DNA of 64,000 bases. Source: Candidatus Latescibacterota bacterium (GTDB lineage Bacteria > Latescibacterota > UBA2968). The notes beneath the pieces were generated by a model. That model saw nothing but the letters and a program-made list of their open reading frames with translations. It searched no databases and was not told the DNA's origin. Of the stretch, positions 60,658 to 64,000 are shown piece by piece (positions within the stretch are counted from its first letter, which is position 1; the number at the start of each line of letters is the position of its first letter). The stretch is taken from positions 3,456,001 through 3,520,000 of the forward strand of contig OZ220741.1 of assembly GCA_965116885.1 (NCBI GenBank), read 5' to 3'. The translations under genes and the position numbers were made by a program.

Positions 60658-61418
60658 ACGAATACAAGACGCACTTTGATACTCCGGAAGATGCCTACTA
60701 CGGCTTTTTTGAAGCCGACGCATCCCAAAATGGAGATGCCTGGGCTGCCGTGATGAGCTATCCCCATGTCCGTGTTGACGCATTGGGGCGGACCGCCTAC
60801 TACGATACGGCACGGGACTACGCGGATAATGCCGACTGGACGTCGAGAGTAGCGACGGGTTGGGTCCTGACGAGGGGACGAGAACCCGTCCGGCTGCACG
60901 AATCTCCCAACAAGGTCCACCTGGTGGGCGGGTGGACGCGATACAACGCAGACGACGATCCCATCCTGTGGAACCGCGTTACTTATATTGTCACCAAACC
61001 CGCTGATTCGTGGGGGATCCAGGCGCGGTTTGCACTTGGTACTTATTACGATGGGCGTGACGACGAAACAGCTATCGCCCAGGCTACCGAGGCGGCAATT
61101 ACTCAGGTGCGACGTTATTGCGATGCACTGGACAAAAACGATGGCGATGCTTGCGCCAGGCTCTGCCGTTTTCCGCTGATTGAGGTCGGTATTGGCGCAG
61201 TAACACAGATCGAAGATGGCACCAAACTGGCGCAACAGGTCAACGAAAGAACCACATCGGTCAGCAATCTGAAAGTCGAGGCAGTACAATCCGGTCCCAG
61301 GGGCGTCCTTGTGGCAGTGACGGCTGACGATGCCTCTGGCAACAGCGAGCAATCCATTGTGGTGGTTGGCAAAGAGGCTGGCGCATGGCAGATCGCTGGC
61401 ATTTCGAGAATGCTGTAA
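60654..61418 (+). CDS. Hypothetical protein, probable tandem NTF2/SnoaL-like domains
   Basis: Two similar halves (DGDAxAxxxxY/FP...WxI); ATGA overlap with the upstream gene. Confidence 0.6.
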   Translation: MNEYKTHFDTPEDAYYGFFEADASQNGDAWAAVMSYPHVRVDALGRTAYYDTARDYADNADWTSRVATGWVLTRGREPVRLHESPNKVHLVGGWTRYNADDDPILWNRVTYIVTKPADSWGIQARFALGTYYDGRDDETAIAQATEAAITQVRRYCDALDKNDGDACARLCRFPLIEVGIGAVTQIEDGTKLAQQVNERTTSVSNLKVEAVQSGPRGVLVAVTADDASGNSEQSIVVVGKEAGAWQIAGISRML

Positions 61419-61442
61419 AGCCTTGACACAAGGAGGAATATC

Positions 61443-62597
61443 TTGAAGATTACATCGGTAAAAGCAGTTCCCGCATCATCTTCACCGCAAGGCCGCCCGC
61501 CACGAAACTACATGTTTGTGAAGGTTGAAACCGATGAGGGTATCACAGGCTGGGGTGAGGCGACCGCTGGTCCGCTTAGCGTTGCAACCCAGATCGACGA
61601 GGTCGGTCAGGTGCTGGTGGGCGAAGACCCCTGGCAGATCGAGAAACACTGGCAGACGCTCTACCATCACTTTTTTGTGCGGGGCGGTGTCGTGCAGATG
61701 TCGGCCATAAGCGGCATAGAAATCGCCCTGTGGGACATCAAAGGCCAGGCCGTGGGATTGCCCATATACGAAATGCTGGGCGGAAAGATGAGAGATCGGA
61801 TCTGGTGCTACGGCAGGTGGGATGGGCCTACACCTGAAGGGGCTGCTGAAACTGCGATGAATAACGTATCAAATGGATTGACGGCGCTCAAGGGGGATCC
61901 GTTTGACCATTGCGGGCTGTTTATTCCGGCAGAAGCCGAACGCGTCGCCATCAAGAAACTGGAAGCCGTTCGCAAAGCAGTGGGCGACGACGTTGAGCTG
62001 CTCGTGGAGGTACATGGACGGCTTGCGCCCGCGGACGCCATCCGCATCGGCAATGCGATGGCCGACTGTCGGCCCTTTGTGTACGAAGAACCCGTACCAC
62101 CAACAAACCTCGACGCGATGCAACGGGTTGCCGAGGCCGTAAGCATTCCACTGGCGACAGGTGAACGGCTTTACACCAAGTGGGAATTTACCGACTTGCT
62201 GAGCCGCCAAATTGTGAAGATGATTCAACCCGATATTGTTCAGGGGGGCGGCATATTGGAGTTGAAGAAGATTGCGGCGATGGCGGAAGCCCATTATGTC
62301 GGTTTCCAACCACACAATCCCTACGGCCCACTTTGCACGATCGCGTCTTTGCATCTCGACGCCTGTACCCCAAATTTTATGATTCAGGAAGGCGGTATCA
62401 GCCCGTGGTTTCAGGACGCTTGCACAGGCGACTTCCCGGTTCAGAAGGATGGCTTTCTGCCAATTCCGCCGGGCCCCGGGCTGGGCGTGGCTATGAACGA
62501 AGCGTGGCTCAAGGCAAACCCCTGGCGTGACGACGCAAATATTTGGCGGCCCCGTCCTGGTACGGTCGCATCATTGCAAGATACAAAATGGGTCTAA
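61443..62597 (+). CDS. Mandelate racemase/enolase-family acid-sugar dehydratase (DgoD-like)
   Basis: VETDEGITGWGE, SGIEIALWDIKG, EVHGR, EEP, ATGER, PHNP, GPGLG; TTG start with AGGAGG RBS. Confidence 0.9.
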   Translation: MKITSVKAVPASSSPQGRPPRNYMFVKVETDEGITGWGEATAGPLSVATQIDEVGQVLVGEDPWQIEKHWQTLYHHFFVRGGVVQMSAISGIEIALWDIKGQAVGLPIYEMLGGKMRDRIWCYGRWDGPTPEGAAETAMNNVSNGLTALKGDPFDHCGLFIPAEAERVAIKKLEAVRKAVGDDVELLVEVHGRLAPADAIRIGNAMADCRPFVYEEPVPPTNLDAMQRVAEAVSIPLATGERLYTKWEFTDLLSRQIVKMIQPDIVQGGGILELKKIAAMAEAHYVGFQPHNPYGPLCTIASLHLDACTPNFMIQEGGISPWFQDACTGDFPVQKDGFLPIPPGPGLGVAMNEAWLKANPWRDDANIWRPRPGTVASLQDTKWV

Positions 62598-62627
62598 TCA
62601 TCAGCACCGAGTATAGGAGAGACGTCT

Positions 62628-64000
62628 ATGCCACAACCGGCTCAACAGCCCAATATCCTGTTTGTGTTTTCCGACCAGCAGCGTGCATCGGCAATGGGTT
62701 GCTACTACGGCGATGAAGATCTGGAGACACCGCACTTCGACGCATTCGCCAGGCAGGGAATGAAATTGGAAAGTGCCGTGTCAACGACCCCGCTTTGTTG
62801 CCCCTACAGGGCCATATTGATGACGGGATTACACGGCCATCGCATGGGGATAACGACCAACGGGTATTATCCGGATCTAAGTGAATATGCACACATCGGC
62901 AAGGCTTTCAAAAACGCAGGGTACCGCTGTGGGTATATCGGCAAATGGCATTTAGGAGATGTACAACTCGATTCGGGGCATCCGATGCGTCTGGGATTCG
63001 ACGATGAATGGTTTGTACCTCTGGTATCGAGTCACGCGAGCCCCAATCGAAACTATGCGGTGAACAGCACTGAGACTGTGGTTGGAGAAGGGTTCGACAA
63101 GCCGCAGATCGAGGCCAACAGGGCCATTGAGTTCATTCGAGGACAGGACGGTGGGGCGCCCTGGTGCCTGTTTCTTTCATGGTATCCCCCTCATCCCCCA
63201 CTGGTATCTCCAGAGGTATATCTCGAAAAATATCGGGGACGGGACCTGAAGTTTCATCCCAATGTGAAGACCGTAGATGCAGAGGCACTCAATCGTTTTC
63301 AGGACCATTATGCGCATTATTACGGTCTCGTAACGGGCCTGGATACTGAGTGGGAACGCTTGATGCAGGCCCTGGAAGACAGTGGTCAGGCGGAAAACAC
63401 CATTGTGGTGTACACCTCGGATCACGGTGAAATGCTAAACAGCCAGGGCTGGCGAGGCAAACGATGGCCTCATCGCGAATCCACACAGGTTCCTTTTCTG
63501 ATTCGATGGCCAGGCAAGATTGAAGCCAACGCCACATTGGACATGCCGTTTGGCACGCCAGACATTTTTCCCACGCTATGTGGACTCGCAGGGATCAATG
63601 TGCCATCGGGGTTGGACGGGGCCGATCTGTCCGGCGTCATCCTCGGCAGCGATTCCAATGGGCACCAGCAAGCGTACGCCTATATGACGATGCACCACAG
63701 CTTCATTCCGTGGCCCGGCTGGCGCGGGATTCGCACAGCGAAGTACAATTACGCGCGAATGGAGGAAGGACCGTGGGTGTGTTTCGATCTTGAAAACGAT
63801 CCCTATGAACAGAACAATCTGGTCGAAGAGAATGGCGCGGTCGTGTCGGAACTGGATGGGCTTCTTGTAGATGCGATGAAAAAAGCGGGCGATTCCTGGC
63901 GTGATGTCGGCAGGGAAGTAGGCGATTGGCAGGAGTGGCACGGCAATAAACAGATTGGGCAACTCGGATTGGATGCTGAATACCCGGGTTCCGAGGCCAT
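62628..64000 (+). CDS. Sulfatase, runs off the window edge
   Basis: Not in the ORF track (no stop in window). Manual translation MPQPAQQPNILFVFSDQQR...PLCCPYRAILMTG..GKWHLG..PPHPP..SDHGEML; AGGAG RBS. Confidence 0.92.
   Translation, partial: MPQPAQQPNILFVFSDQQRASAMGCYYGDEDLETPHFDAFARQGMKLESAVSTTPLCCPYRAILMTGLHGHRMGITTNGYYPDLSEYAHIGKAFKNAGYRCGYIGKWHLGDVQLDSGHPMRLGFDDEWFVPLVSSHASPNRNYAVNSTETVVGEGFDKPQIEANRAIEFIRGQDGGAPWCLFLSWYPPHPPLVSPEVYLEKYRGRDLKFHPNVKTVDAEALNRFQDHYAHYYGLVTGLDTEWERLMQALEDSGQAENTIVVYTSDHGEMLNSQGWRGKRWPHRESTQVPFLIRWPGKIEANATLDMPFGTPDIFPTLCGLAGINVPSGLDGADLSGVILGSDSNGHQQAYAYMTMHHSFIPWPGWRGIRTAKYNYARMEEGPWVCFDLENDPYEQNNLVEENGAVVSELDGLLVDAMKKAGDSWRDVGREVGDWQEWHGNKQIGQLGLDAEYPGSEA

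Overview
A 64-kb accessory region of a bacterial chromosome or MAG with no core housekeeping genes. The content is seven sulfatases, six PhyH-family dioxygenases, five SAM methyltransferases, glycoside hydrolases and a dockerin-like EF-hand fusion. This resembles Latescibacterota/Poribacteria-like marine or sponge-associated lineages, but that is inference only. Genes lie mostly on the minus strand over 1-38.8 kb and on the plus strand from katG (39.1 kb) onward, and codon style changes abruptly from gene to gene, indicating mosaic accretion. Main points: (1) a 105-nt tRNA-Sec-like gene with an 8/4 acceptor/T branch, an 11-bp variable arm and an 8-nt anticodon loop (CU-UCCA-AA); (2) a tnpB-only IS200/IS605 element whose ends can be placed exactly because removing it restores the last codon and stop of a higA-like gene, predicting TAM TTAC and the guide; (3) an intergenic patchwork at 56.5 kb built from short copies of genes 5-7 kb upstream; (4) two promoter-like segments duplicated around inserted genes; (5) several genes with clean internal deletions, including two disarmed TA toxins; (6) an orphan sigma54 promoter with tandem palindromic enhancer-like sites next to a remnant of its activator gene. 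All product calls rest on motif recognition by eye; no database searches were run.
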